In this document: positions 53,721 through 64,000 of the stretch, piece after piece
How positions within the stretch are numbered: the first letter of the stretch is position 1
Layout of the letters: each line of letters starts with the position of its first letter
Made by a program: the position numbers and the translations under genes
Origin: a virus
IMG/VR virus record: IMGVR_UViG_3300032240_003128
DNA length: 64,000 bases
Reading direction: 5' to 3' (one strand)
Notes under the pieces: model-generated
Database searches by the model: none
Told to the model about the DNA's origin: nothing
What the model saw: only the letters and a program-made list of their open reading frames with translations

Positions 53721-54724
53721 GATTCTAACATTCCTCTCCAAGTATTAATGTAACATTCCCTTATATTTTTCCAATTGTATTTTTTAGCATGAGATATTAA
53801 TTCTTCTCTATAATCCCATGTGTTGTTCTTATACCGATCAATAGCTTTAGCAATGCAATCAGGATCTTTCTTCAACACTAGTTTACAATTATTGTCCAAA
53901 CAATCAGCAGCACCAACTCCGTATGAAGCAATAACTGGTCTTCCAAATGTCATGGCTTCAAGAATCTCAATTCCAAAACCTTCCGTAACACTAGGTTGGA
54001 CATAAACATTAATTGATTTAAAAAATTCATCTAATGTTTTTACATAACCTAAAATATTATAATTAGCTCTACCACCAAATTGACGAATCATATGAATCAA
54101 ATATGGCGATTGCTGTCCTGCAAATGTTAATACTGCATCCTTATAATTCAATTTTGCCCAAGCCTCAATTAAATACTTCACTCCTTTATCTGGTCCAATT
54201 TGACCCAAGTACCCTACTGAAAAGGTTTTAGGATAAGGATAGTTAACACCTTCATAGCATCCGTGAGATATTACAGTTGTGTTCTTGCATCCAAATTCTT
54301 GCATTACTTTATTGCTATGTTTACTTGGACAAATAACAAGATCAGCATCAATATAACTTGATATATATTGATTCCATAGCACGGGATTGCTAATGTGCGG
54401 ATAGTCATAAGGAATGCCAAGGATTTTAAATTCTTCTTGGCTTGCTTTAATATCGTGGGCTGCTGCCGTATAAGAAATCTTGATACCTTTTTCTTTTAAT
54501 TTTTTAGTTAATTTAGGAAATGTTCCAGCATAAAAGTGTGCTAGTTTGTATTTTTCTAAATTGGGAATATCAATTACATTTTCTGCTTCAAACGGATCTT
54601 GAGTTGGTTGAGGATTAACTACATCAATTGGACCCAAATTGCTAAGTGCTTCCAATTCATTTTTGGTAACTGTACCACCACCAGTTCCATTACCAATTCT
54701 ATCACAAGTGATGTAAAGAAACAT
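53717..54724 (-). CDS. Glycosyltransferase family 4
   Basis: GQIGPDKG, PSVTEGFGIEILEAM..G.PVI. Confidence 0.9.
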   Translation of the reverse strand: MFLYITCDRIGNGTGGGTVTKNELEALSNLGPIDVVNPQPTQDPFEAENVIDIPNLEKYKLAHFYAGTFPKLTKKLKEKGIKISYTAAAHDIKASQEEFKILGIPYDYPHISNPVLWNQYISSYIDADLVICPSKHSNKVMQEFGCKNTTVISHGCYEGVNYPYPKTFSVGYLGQIGPDKGVKYLIEAWAKLNYKDAVLTFAGQQSPYLIHMIRQFGGRANYNILGYVKTLDEFFKSINVYVQPSVTEGFGIEILEAMTFGRPVIASYGVGAADCLDNNCKLVLKKDPDCIAKAIDRYKNNTWDYREELISHAKKYNWKNIRECYINTWRGMLES

Positions 54725-54783
54725 TTGATAATTTCCTTTTAAGTAAAAGTTGTTTGACTATCCGTAAATGCTAGTAAAGAAAT

Positions 54784-55842
54784 TTACCAACCACCTGTAT
54801 CAATAGCTTCGTAACATAATAATTCATAACGATTGACCATGTGTTCGTAAGAAAATTGTCTTGCCCACTCAATACAGTTTTCTGACTTAATATCATTGAC
54901 AGCATCAGACTTAATCAAATTTTCCATCTCATCCTGAGTCCTAACCAAGAATCCAGTCTCACCATGCTTAACTGTTTCACGCATTGCACCATTGTCCCAT
55001 GCAATAACTGGCATTCCACACAACTGCGCCTCCACAGGAGCTAATCCAAATGGTTCCCTGTAGTGCAAATTGGGGTGCAGAAGGGCTTTATTTGTGTTAA
55101 ACCAATCAACGCATTCATTTCTGTTTTGATGACCGATATAACGCAAATTTGGAGAAATAACACATGCGTCTTTAATCTTACGCAATAAGTCTGGTTCACC
55201 AGTAATACGATCATCTCCAACTAAATCTAACCCAACTCCACATATGTTTGCAACACTACAAGCAATATGTGGACCTTTAATAGAACTGATTCTTGCTAAA
55301 AACAAATATCTGTTATTTCTGGCTTTATTGCTTCTAGAATAAAAATCAACATCAACACCATTGTAAGCAACTCTTGAACTGCACTTTAAATGTGTTGTGC
55401 ATACTTCTGATTGATCTTTGCTGATACAAATAAAACATGGAGAAGGTACAGGAGGAGCAATGCTGTACATTGTTTCTACAGGAGCATGTAGGACACCTAA
55501 GATAGGTTGTGGAAGATGACCTTCCATCTTTAAGATATAACTCCATTTTTCCCAGCTATGGTCAATAATTACATCAAATTTTGGTAGTTTTTCCCAATAA
55601 CCAGAATATGCTTGTCTTTCAGATTCACCTAATGTTGTTTCATGTAAATTTGCGTTAGTTTTTGATCCTTTAGGAGCAATAAGTGTTACTTCGTGACCCT
55701 TAGCATGCAAACCTTCTGCACAAGCGTAGGCGATTGCCTCAAGTCCGCCATACCCTTGTAATGGAACTGGCATTACAGTCGTCGATATTACACAGATCTT
55801 GAGTTTTTTGGTGTTACTTGTTGGCAAATGTGTTATTTTCAT
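54784..55842 (-). CDS. Glycosyltransferase family 4
   Basis: YGGLE, GHEVTL, RISSIKG, EPFGL..VEA..CG.PVI. Confidence 0.9.
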   Translation of the reverse strand: MKITHLPTSNTKKLKICVISTTVMPVPLQGYGGLEAIAYACAEGLHAKGHEVTLIAPKGSKTNANLHETTLGESERQAYSGYWEKLPKFDVIIDHSWEKWSYILKMEGHLPQPILGVLHAPVETMYSIAPPVPSPCFICISKDQSEVCTTHLKCSSRVAYNGVDVDFYSRSNKARNNRYLFLARISSIKGPHIACSVANICGVGLDLVGDDRITGEPDLLRKIKDACVISPNLRYIGHQNRNECVDWFNTNKALLHPNLHYREPFGLAPVEAQLCGMPVIAWDNGAMRETVKHGETGFLVRTQDEMENLIKSDAVNDIKSENCIEWARQFSYEHMVNRYELLCYEAIDTGGW

Positions 55843-56510
55843 GGTTTGATCTCCAATGGTTTGAATCCTTCAATACTGCTGCTACCAAGTCCACAATGAA
55901 CGCATTGTATGCTTGTATCAACGTGGATCTTAAAGCCATGATTTCGTGCATGTTTGCAGAAGGTGAAATCTTCGCTGGTCTTTTCTAAATGGGGAAGATC
56001 TGTCCTATCACAACGCCATTCAAACCAATGACAGCGATTGCTTAATGGTGGCAAACTCTCTAAAACAGATCTGTGAATCAAAAGACATCCAGCCCCGACA
56101 TAGTCAACTTCGACAAGACTATTAGCTGGATATTCAGTGATCCATTGTGGTCCATTTTGCGAATCTAGAAGCATTACGGGTGCTAACGGAGCATAACGCC
56201 TGTAATAGACACCACTTACGATTGGTTTGTTGTGACTTACTAATTTTGCTATTACATCAGGAGGCGGAATTACATCATCGTCTAAAAAGAAAAGCCATTC
56301 CCAGCCGATTTCTAAGAGTTTTAAACACCCTGTATTTCTGGCATGATCAAACGGCATTCCCTGAAGTGCGGTCCACGCTCCACTTGGCATGTATATGTTT
56401 CTTAAGCCAAATGCCCATGCTACTGTGCATGTTTCTCTTGTTAATATGCAGCCCAGAACTCTATTTTGATTGACTGGTGCTGTGTTGATTTGTTCCCATG
56501 ATGCTGGCAT
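55839..56510 (-). CDS. GT-A (family 2-like) glycosyltransferase
   Basis: ARN, LFFLDDD, GAGCLLIHR, SEDFTFC. Confidence 0.8.
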   Translation of the reverse strand: MPASWEQINTAPVNQNRVLGCILTRETCTVAWAFGLRNIYMPSGAWTALQGMPFDHARNTGCLKLLEIGWEWLFFLDDDVIPPPDVIAKLVSHNKPIVSGVYYRRYAPLAPVMLLDSQNGPQWITEYPANSLVEVDYVGAGCLLIHRSVLESLPPLSNRCHWFEWRCDRTDLPHLEKTSEDFTFCKHARNHGFKIHVDTSIQCVHCGLGSSSIEGFKPLEIKP

Positions 56511-56596
56511 AAAATTAATATAGAACAATTTAATTATAAATTTCATCTCTCTTTTAAAACATAGGAGAAAAGCATGAGCGAATTGACTACGCACGA

Positions 56597-57094
56597 TCAG
56601 ACATTTTCCACCTCTTCGATGGTCGTCGCATCATTAACAGATTTCTTTTTAGCTGCGTACTCAAGGCTCATTTGTGATCGATATTCTCCATATTGCAGCA
56701 TAATCACAGTTAACCATTGCATTTCAAGTAGATGTGGCATACCATCTGTATCTATGATTGATGGGATTTGCAGTCCTGCTTTTTCACATGTTGTTGCCAT
56801 GAGGTACAAACTAGATAGTAAAACAAGATCATCAATAGATAACCCAAGTTTCCAGCCATAAGATGTAAGAAATCCTGCATCAATTTTATTACTGAATTCT
56901 TTATCTATCTTAACCATCTTATCTTGTTTGGCGGAAAGAAGAGGTAATTGTTGTACCAAATCTAGAGCAGCAGCAATTTGATCTGATGTTGCTTCTTGGT
57001 TGTAATTGATATTTACAACACCTTGTTCGTCTTGTGATACCCCATTTATGGGGCATACTTTTGCAATCAATTCGTGAATTTGTTCTACTCTCAT
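56597..57094 (-). CDS. Probable tail-fibre assembly/accessory protein
   Basis: Directly downstream of a fibre gene; ends ATTIEEVENV, a typical fibre-chaperone C-terminus. Confidence 0.5.
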   Translation of the reverse strand: MRVEQIHELIAKVCPINGVSQDEQGVVNINYNQEATSDQIAAALDLVQQLPLLSAKQDKMVKIDKEFSNKIDAGFLTSYGWKLGLSIDDLVLLSSLYLMATTCEKAGLQIPSIIDTDGMPHLLEMQWLTVIMLQYGEYRSQMSLEYAAKKKSVNDATTIEEVENV

Positions 57095-57098
57095 TTTG

Positions 57099-59297
57099 TT
57101 ATCCTTTTATTTCGCCAAATAGGTCCATTGCGTTAAAAGTGCCAGTCGCTCCAGCAGCAGTGACGCTCTCTTGAGGATAAAAATAGTTATAACCCAAAAC
57201 ACTCGTTGCAGTAACACTCGGTGTTGATAAATATTGAAGTAATGCACCAGAAGTTGCTAGTGTAGCCATGCCCAAAGATGTGCTGGGCATTTGACCAGCA
57301 CCACCAGCGATTTGCGTTCTGGCGTAACTTGCTCCTGTAGATACACGGCTTGCCGTCATAGCACTCACATTTGCACCTATACCTGCTCGTGAAGCTACAT
57401 ATTGTATTTGATTTCCACTTGAAAGGTTCCAAATTTGCGGTGATGTACTCGCATAAGTGTGATTTGTTGCATCAGTTTTGAATAGTTGTCTTGACACTTG
57501 GTTGTCGTAGTTATTTACATATCTCTGTATTGCGGTGTCATTTGTTGTTGTTGGTGCAGTTGGCAGAATTGTACCAACTAATCTTCTTGTGGTTGTGCCA
57601 GATTTTAATGCAACACCATCTATTATTTGAATTGCATCTGCTCGTGTATTAACGGCACTCCATACTGTGCCAAATTCCAAAGCAGGGACTCCAGAATTAT
57701 CATATGCAAAAACATCGTAAGGCAGACCAGATGTCAATCCTGTTATGCTTAGACTAACTACAGCGCCACTTGCAACACTTGTTTTCCAGTTTGTGCCATC
57801 AAACAGGGCAATTTGGTTTCCTGTGTAAGGAACAAGATATAAAGTGGATTGTGCTGATTGATCTGTTGATGTTATAGCAACGCCGCTTTGTACGCTTAAT
57901 CTAAAGTTATTTGTTTTTGGTTGTATATTGTTTGGGATAATTTGATTCAAATGAACTGGACCAATTTGACCACTACCAATATTCCCACTAAAGACAGACT
58001 CATTTCCCAGATGAAATCTACTTATTTGACCGCTGGCAATACTACCGCTAGTTACTTGACCGCTACCTAATGTTAATGTTGTGATTAACCCAGAAATTAA
58101 GTGATTAACACCAATTTGTCCTGATGCAATACTTCCACTTACTACAGCAGCGTTTCCAATAAATCCAGATGTAACAGAGCCAGAAGTCAAAGAGCTACCT
58201 GCTTGCCAAACTGTTGCAATTGTTCCATTTACTTTTTTTACATAACCTTTTTGATCTGGTATGTTTACAAAAAGTTCACCAACTCGTAGATCGCCAGAAA
58301 CTGGAACATAGCCACTTGTTTCAGTTCTTTGTGGCAATAATGGAATTAAAGGATCAACATTGAAAAAAGTAGAATAAGCAGCAGTTAATCCAGATGCAGT
58401 AAAACCTAGTCCTATAGCTCCAAATCCAGCAACGCTTAATCCGCTAAATGTAGCAACACCACTAGTCGCAGATACACTTGTGCTACCACCAATAGTACCA
58501 GCGCCGCTAACAACATTGGCAAATACTGTGTTTGTTGCTGCGCCATCAACTGTTCCACCACTTGTCAATAAATTTACTACTGGTTGAGTAGCAATGTTTT
58601 TTGTGGAATAAGACCTAGTTGGTTGAGTGGCAACACTTAGTTGCGTTGCAGATCCACCACCTCCACCACCACTATTAGCTTGCGTTCCTGATCCACTGTT
58701 GTAAATGAATGCTCGTTCTGTTGAGTCAATTGCTTCGTTATAAATGCGAAGGTCATCAATTCTATTGTTGTAGTTTAATGATCCATAATCTACTGTGAAT
58801 GGAGTGATGGAGCCATATGTGTTTGCATTTGGCGAAAAAAGTGTTCCAGTTTTAGTTAGTAATGAGTTATTTCTGTAAATTTGCCAGTTTAAACCATCCC
58901 AACTGACTATGACATGTTGCCATGTACTTCTTAAAAAAGAAGGAACATAAAAACTTCCTGTTGAATTGTCTGAAAACACTAAATTAGTACTTTTTCCGAA
59001 CCATTGAATAAGTAAACCATTTGAAAAAACCGAAGGCAAAATTCTAATTAAGTTATTTGAATAATCAAAAGAATCTGTCCAAAACCAAAATGCAATTGTA
59101 AAATTGCCAGATGTGGGTAAAAGATTTGTGCTAGAATATGCAGCACCACTTAAATTATAACCAAACATGTTTATGCATTGGTTTATTTTGCCGCTGCTAT
59201 TGATAGATGCAGAGCCTGTATTGGTTAAATTGCTACTACCAGTGCTATCGGTATAGTTTGTTGCAGTGTCAAAAAGGTAATGATGTGTTTGTGCCAT
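57099..59297 (-). CDS. Tail fibre/receptor-binding protein with LamG, Ig-like and Ser/Gly-repeat modules
   Basis: FTIAFW...DDLRIYN; ATQPVV...GVATFSGL; GELFVN motif; SGSIASGQIG repeats. Confidence 0.75.
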   Translation of the reverse strand: MAQTHHYLFDTATNYTDSTGSSNLTNTGSASINSSGKINQCINMFGYNLSGAAYSSTNLLPTSGNFTIAFWFWTDSFDYSNNLIRILPSVFSNGLLIQWFGKSTNLVFSDNSTGSFYVPSFLRSTWQHVIVSWDGLNWQIYRNNSLLTKTGTLFSPNANTYGSITPFTVDYGSLNYNNRIDDLRIYNEAIDSTERAFIYNSGSGTQANSGGGGGGSATQLSVATQPTRSYSTKNIATQPVVNLLTSGGTVDGAATNTVFANVVSGAGTIGGSTSVSATSGVATFSGLSVAGFGAIGLGFTASGLTAAYSTFFNVDPLIPLLPQRTETSGYVPVSGDLRVGELFVNIPDQKGYVKKVNGTIATVWQAGSSLTSGSVTSGFIGNAAVVSGSIASGQIGVNHLISGLITTLTLGSGQVTSGSIASGQISRFHLGNESVFSGNIGSGQIGPVHLNQIIPNNIQPKTNNFRLSVQSGVAITSTDQSAQSTLYLVPYTGNQIALFDGTNWKTSVASGAVVSLSITGLTSGLPYDVFAYDNSGVPALEFGTVWSAVNTRADAIQIIDGVALKSGTTTRRLVGTILPTAPTTTNDTAIQRYVNNYDNQVSRQLFKTDATNHTYASTSPQIWNLSSGNQIQYVASRAGIGANVSAMTASRVSTGASYARTQIAGGAGQMPSTSLGMATLATSGALLQYLSTPSVTATSVLGYNYFYPQESVTAAGATGTFNAMDLFGEIKG

Positions 59298-59299
59298 TG

Positions 59300-59872
59300 T
59301 TATTCTCCAAACTGACTAATTTCTTTATTCACAATTTCTATAGCTTCTGCAATATAAGCAATTTGCATTGTGTTACATAATGATTTTATTGTATTTTCTG
59401 TATCATTTATTAGATCACTAAAATTTACAATAATCTTTTTATCATCCCAACTTTGATACAATTGATCACATATATTTTTGTGATCAATTGCGCTTCTTGA
59501 ATAATCGCCACTTGACTTGCTGTTCATGCTGCTAACAGCGTTTTCAATGTTTCTATTGGTAATTATCAACCATCTTTCTCTATCTTGTGGAAAATTGTTA
59601 TAAAATTCTTGACACAGATTGTTTTGAAGTAATAAGTGATGTTTACAACACCATTTTTCATATTGATCTTTTAATGCAAAATATTCTTCCCAGTTGACAA
59701 CATTTACATAAGAATTAAAATAATTATCAGCATAACTGCCAGTTGGACTGAATATTTTGTCAATCGGTCTTTCCTGATAATTTGATTCAAACCCTAAACG
59801 ATGCATTACACCAGTTAATGCACTAGTGCCTGATCTATATGTTCCTAAAATTAAGACTCCAATTTTTCTCAT
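59300..59872 (-). CDS. Sulfotransferase-family (P-loop) protein
   Basis: ILGTYRSGTSAL (5'-PSB-like), RNIENAVSSM (3'-PB-like), F.DLI. Confidence 0.7.
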   Translation of the reverse strand: MRKIGVLILGTYRSGTSALTGVMHRLGFESNYQERPIDKIFSPTGSYADNYFNSYVNVVNWEEYFALKDQYEKWCCKHHLLLQNNLCQEFYNNFPQDRERWLIITNRNIENAVSSMNSKSSGDYSRSAIDHKNICDQLYQSWDDKKIIVNFSDLINDTENTIKSLCNTMQIAYIAEAIEIVNKEISQFGE

Positions 59873-62800
59873 ATTAGTCCTCCGTCACAAAATGTAAAAT
59901 ATAGTGATCCACTTGCCGTCATAGTTAACACTTGACCCACAATGAATCCAGAATTTATGGCGATGTTTGGATAAGATACTTGTCCGCTTGCGATACTGCC
60001 ACTGACTACAGCACCATTGCCAATCATGCCAGAAGTAACACTACCAGAAGTGATTGTAAAACTTGTTGGAATTAAGCCAGATGCAATATTACCTGATTGA
60101 ATAACACCGTTTCCAAGTATCCAACCGCCACTTTTTATTGATCCTGATGCAAGATTTGATATTGCTGCGCCCGAACTAAGATGAAATTGACCTACCTGAC
60201 CAGATGCAATATTTCCGCTTGTCACTTGACCAGAACCAAGTGACAATGTTGTAATTAAACCAGAAATTAAATGATTAACACCAATGCTTCCACTACTAAT
60301 ATTCCCAGAATTAACAGCATTGTTACCAATGAAACCAGAAACAACACTTCCAGAAGTTAATGTAATTCCTGATTGAATTACACCAGACGCAATATGACTA
60401 AGTCCAATTTGTCCACTAGCAATATTACCAGAAACTATAGCATTGTTACCAATAAATCCAGATGTAATACTTCCTGAAAGCAATCTGAACACAACACCAC
60501 TAGCAATGTTTCCACTATTTACTTGACCAGAACCAAGCGTTAATGTTGTAATTAATCCAGAAATTAAATGATTAACACCAATTTGTCCACTACTAATATC
60601 TCCAGACTGAACCGCACCATCAGCCAAATGAACATTACCGATACTACCGGAAGAAATTGCTCCACTTGTTAAACCACCAGAAGCAATGTGAATATTGCCA
60701 ATAACGCCTGATGTTATATTACCTGAATTAACAGAAGAGTTACCAATAAACCCAGAAGTAACATTACCTGAAAGTAAAAATGTACCAGAAAATACAGTAC
60801 CAGATGCAAGATGAACTAAACCAATGCTGCCACTACTAATATTACCGCTATTAACAGCATTGTTACCAATATATCCAGAAGCAACAGACCCAGAAGTTAA
60901 TGTAATTCCTGATTGAATTACACCAGACGCAATATGACTAAGTCCAATCACACCACTAGCAATACTTCCACTTACAACAGCAGCATTTCCTAATGCTCCA
61001 CTCTGAACACTACCAGATGCAACGAATGTGCCAGAAAATACAGTACCACTTGCCAAGTGAACCAAACCAATGCTGCCACTACTAATATTCCCAGAATTAA
61101 CAGTGTTGTTGCCTATAAAACCAGATGTAATAATACCAGAAGACAAAGTAAATCCAGCAGGGATAGTTCCAGAAGCTAAATGTATACTTCCAACTTGTCC
61201 TGATCCAATACTTCCACTAACAACAGCAGCATTTCCTAATGCTCCACTCTGAACACTACCAGAGGTTACGAATGTGCCAGAAAATACAGTACCACTTGCC
61301 AAGTGAACCAAACCAATTTGCCCTGATCCAATACTTCCACTAACAACAGCAGCATTTCCTAATGCTCCACTCTGAACACTACCAGAGGTTACGAATGTGC
61401 CAGAAAATACTGTGCCAGAGGCTAAATGAACTAAACCAATAATACCGCTTGCAATACTTCCTGAAACTATAGATGCGTTTCCTAATTTTCCACTACCAAC
61501 GCCACCTGATGCAATTATGTTATTATAAACAGAACCGTCAGATAATTTTCCGCTACCAACACCACCAGATGCGATATTATTATTGAATACAGCATTGGCA
61601 CCAATCATTCCACTAGTGATTGCGCCGGAAGCAATCAATCCATCAGTAATTGCTCCTTGAGAAATATGGAATGTTCCAATGCTTCCACTAGCAATGCTTC
61701 CACTGACTACAGCAGCATTTCCAATATTTCCACTAGTGATAGATCCTGAAGCATTTGTGTTCATTACCTGAACTGCTGTCATTATTACAGAAGGGATATC
61801 AGGTAATATTGTTCCGCTTTTATTTTGTGCAAGTATTCTCATATTAGAATCTGCGGAATACCAAGCAATTTCTGTATAATCACCTGAAGAAACAGATAAA
61901 ACCCAGTTCCATGCTGCTACAAGTTTTGCGTTATTGGTTGGCAAAGTTAGTTGTGTATCACTTTGCAAAACATTTGAGCCATTTAATTTCAACCATATGT
62001 CAATATCATCTGAACCAGAATCTGTTTTATCAAGTTGTGCTGAAAACTGAATATTATAAGTTCCAGCGTATCCAAATACGATATTTGATCCTGATCTAAC
62101 TGAAATTCCATTTGCTTCGGCAACATTGTTATATGTCATTAAATTGCCAGAAGCTAATCCAACATTAGTTTGCGTTACATCTGAATATGCTGAAATGTAA
62201 TATCCAAGAGGAACAGTTCCTGTTGTTCCAATTGTGACCAGATTTGGATTGTTTGTAATTGATATATTTCCAGCAGCGGCAATTGTTTTGTATTCATTTG
62301 CTGTTGCTCCAGCATTGATTCCAAGAATTTGATTTGCTGTTCCAGAAATATAAGTCGGAACTAAAACACCAGAAGCAATATGATTTCTTCCAATTTGTCC
62401 ACTGCCAATACTTCCGCTTACTACAGCAGCATTACCTATAAATCCAGATGTAACACTACCAGAAGTAAGACTTGCTCCACCACCACCTACACCAGATGCT
62501 AAGTGAAATTGTCCAATCTGCCCACTACCAATGCTTCCAGAAAGGACAGAAGCGTTTGCTAATTTTCCACTATGAACACCACCAGATGCAATGTTATTAT
62601 TGAATATAGCACCACTAGCAATATCGCCAGAATGGACAACGCCATCAGCTAGCATTCCAGAAGTTACAGAGCCGCTAGACAGCTTATATAATCCAATTCC
62701 ACCGCTGGCAATTATATTGTTATAAACAGAACCGTCAGCTAATTTTCCGCTACCAACGCCACCTGATGCAATTGTGTTATTGAATACAGCACCAGCACCA

Positions 62801-64000
62801 ATCATTCCAGAAGTTATGATTCCAGAAGTCAAAAAGCCAACAACAACTCCCGAAGCTAAATGAACACTTCCAATGCTTCCGCTAGCAATACTTCCGCTTA
62901 CTATAGCAGCGTTTCCAATAAATCCAGATTGAACTTGTCCACTTTGTAGTACAACAGTGCCGCCTCCCATGATATTTGTGCTGACACCACCGCCGCCGCT
63001 TGTAATTTGAAGATAAAAACCTCTAGCATTACCACCTTGTTCAAAAAATCTTAATCTATCTTGATAAACATCTATAGTAACACCAGTACCACTTAGTGTT
63101 GTGTTGGTCTGTGCTTTAGCTAATAGTATTTCTCCACCTTCATCTCCCACTGAGTTTGTTACTGTGAGTAGATTTGCACTTAAAATTGTGCCATCCCATG
63201 TCAAACCAGATGAACCAGTTAATGCTGCACCATTATTTACTTGAACTTGTCCAGAAGAACCACCAGTTATTGTTCCACTAGCAATGTTTCCAGAAACAAT
63301 GCTATTTGCAGCTAAATGTCCACTATTAACAGCACCAGAACTCAGATGCATTCTACCAATTTGTCCACTGGCAATACTTCCAGAGACAACAGCAGCATTT
63401 CCAATTAAACCAGAAGTGATAATGCCAGAAGTTAGTCCAGCAGTAAGAACACCAGAAGCTAAATGATTAATGCCCACTTGACCACTAGCAATACTTCCAC
63501 TAACTACAGAAGCATTACCCAATGATCCACTTTGAACTGTTCCAGATGCAACGAATGTACCAGAAAACACAGTACCAGAAGCAAGATGAACTAATCCAAT
63601 ACTTCCACTACTAATATTACCAGAAGTAACAGCGTTATCACCAATAAATCCAGATGTAATACTTCCAGAAAGTAATCTAAATACAACACCACTAGCAATA
63701 TTTCCAGAAGTTACTTGACCAGAACCAAGTGACAATGTTGTAATTAAACCAGAAATTAAATGATTAACACCAATGCTTCCACTACTAATATTTCCTGAAT
63801 TAACAGCATTGTTACCAATATATCCAGAAATAACAGACCCAGAAGTTAATGTAATTCCTGATTGAATTACACCAGACGCAATATGACTAAGTCCAATCAC
63901 ACCACTAGCAATACTTCCACTAACAACAGAGGCATTACCTAATGAACCACTTTGAACACTACCAGAAGTTACAAACGTACCAGAAAATACAGTTCCAGAT
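59869..64000 (-). CDS. Long repetitive tail fibre protein (5' partial; frame open to window edge)
   Basis: Dozens of (V/I)xSGxI(A/G)xG repeats; embedded C1q/BclA-like domain at about 61770-62210 (GTYNIQFSAQL...IWL..NG). Confidence 0.8.
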   Translation of the reverse strand, partial: SGTVFSGTFVTSGSVQSGSLGNASVVSGSIASGVIGLSHIASGVIQSGITLTSGSVISGYIGNNAVNSGNISSGSIGVNHLISGLITTLSLGSGQVTSGNIASGVVFRLLSGSITSGFIGDNAVTSGNISSGSIGLVHLASGTVFSGTFVASGTVQSGSLGNASVVSGSIASGQVGINHLASGVLTAGLTSGIITSGLIGNAAVVSGSIASGQIGRMHLSSGAVNSGHLAANSIVSGNIASGTITGGSSGQVQVNNGAALTGSSGLTWDGTILSANLLTVTNSVGDEGGEILLAKAQTNTTLSGTGVTIDVYQDRLRFFEQGGNARGFYLQITSGGGGVSTNIMGGGTVVLQSGQVQSGFIGNAAIVSGSIASGSIGSVHLASGVVVGFLTSGIITSGMIGAGAVFNNTIASGGVGSGKLADGSVYNNIIASGGIGLYKLSSGSVTSGMLADGVVHSGDIASGAIFNNNIASGGVHSGKLANASVLSGSIGSGQIGQFHLASGVGGGGASLTSGSVTSGFIGNAAVVSGSIGSGQIGRNHIASGVLVPTYISGTANQILGINAGATANEYKTIAAAGNISITNNPNLVTIGTTGTVPLGYYISAYSDVTQTNVGLASGNLMTYNNVAEANGISVRSGSNIVFGYAGTYNIQFSAQLDKTDSGSDDIDIWLKLNGSNVLQSDTQLTLPTNNAKLVAAWNWVLSVSSGDYTEIAWYSADSNMRILAQNKSGTILPDIPSVIMTAVQVMNTNASGSITSGNIGNAAVVSGSIASGSIGTFHISQGAITDGLIASGAITSGMIGANAVFNNNIASGGVGSGKLSDGSVYNNIIASGGVGSGKLGNASIVSGSIASGIIGLVHLASGTVFSGTFVTSGSVQSGALGNAAVVSGSIGSGQIGLVHLASGTVFSGTFVTSGSVQSGALGNAAVVSGSIGSGQVGSIHLASGTIPAGFTLSSGIITSGFIGNNTVNSGNISSGSIGLVHLASGTVFSGTFVASGSVQSGALGNAAVVSGSIASGVIGLSHIASGVIQSGITLTSGSVASGYIGNNAVNSGNISSGSIGLVHLASGTVFSGTFLLSGNVTSGFIGNSSVNSGNITSGVIGNIHIASGGLTSGAISSGSIGNVHLADGAVQSGDISSGQIGVNHLISGLITTLTLGSGQVNSGNIASGVVFRLLSGSITSGFIGNNAIVSGNIASGQIGLSHIASGVIQSGITLTSGSVVSGFIGNNAVNSGNISSGSIGVNHLISGLITTLSLGSGQVTSGNIASGQVGQFHLSSGAAISNLASGSIKSGGWILGNGVIQSGNIASGLIPTSFTITSGSVTSGMIGNGAVVSGSIASGQVSYPNIAINSGFIVGQVLTMTASGSLYFTFCDGGLI
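61201..61410. repeat. Near-perfect 123-bp tandem repeat inside the fibre gene
   Basis: tgatccaatacttccactaacaacagcagc...gaaaatac at 61201 and 61324. Confidence 0.85.

Noticed and set aside
1557-63466. Many short antisense or nested ORFs in the track (e.g. 5115-5435, 5168-5362, 11961-12314, 16267-16707, 19743-20222, 35863-36255, 61070-61252)
   Set aside because: They overlap well-supported genes on the other strand or frame and have no motifs or translation signals
1-64000. Bacterial chromosome or plasmid origin
   Set aside because: Housekeeping genes are isolated (infC without rpmI/rplT, groES without an adjacent groEL) among orphans, fibre genes, a dNMP kinase and TAAATA promoters, which is typical of a large phage
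1-64000. Genome-wide stop-codon reassignment
   Set aside because: Recognisable genes are full length in code 11 and TAA, TAG and TGA all occur at natural protein ends
59869-64000. Diversity-generating retroelement acting on the fibre genes
   Set aside because: No reverse transcriptase in the window and the repeat differences are not visibly adenine-specific

Overview
An AT-rich, gene-dense 64 kb segment that reads as part of a large (jumbo/'huge') tailed dsDNA phage genome in the standard genetic code; it is not a bacterial chromosome. It carries replication and nucleotide genes (Ski2/Hel308-like SF2 helicase, dNMP kinase, thyX, dUTPase, PhoH, and a DnaE-type polymerase split into two genes without an intein). 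Host-type genes include a complete prkA-yeaH-spoVR operon, hldE, rpsU, infC, groES, csrA, a PduO-type cobalamin adenosyltransferase, an amidoligase and a gamma-glutamylcyclotransferase. There are many glycosyl-, methyl- and sulfotransferases next to Ser/Gly-repeat tail-fibre genes. About 15 scattered orphan ORFs share a T4 internal-protein-like N-terminal tag (M-x-x-F-x-x-F/W-hydrophobic...E). The most notable observations are the phage-borne PrkA/YeaH/SpoVR system, the tagged-protein family (including two HExxH proteases), the intein-free split DnaE with a duplicated junction, a candidate CxxU selenoprotein with a SECIS-like hairpin, and a mini-intein in a small basic non-replication protein. 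All family assignments come from motif recognition by eye; no database search was run. No tRNA, rRNA or CRISPR array was found.
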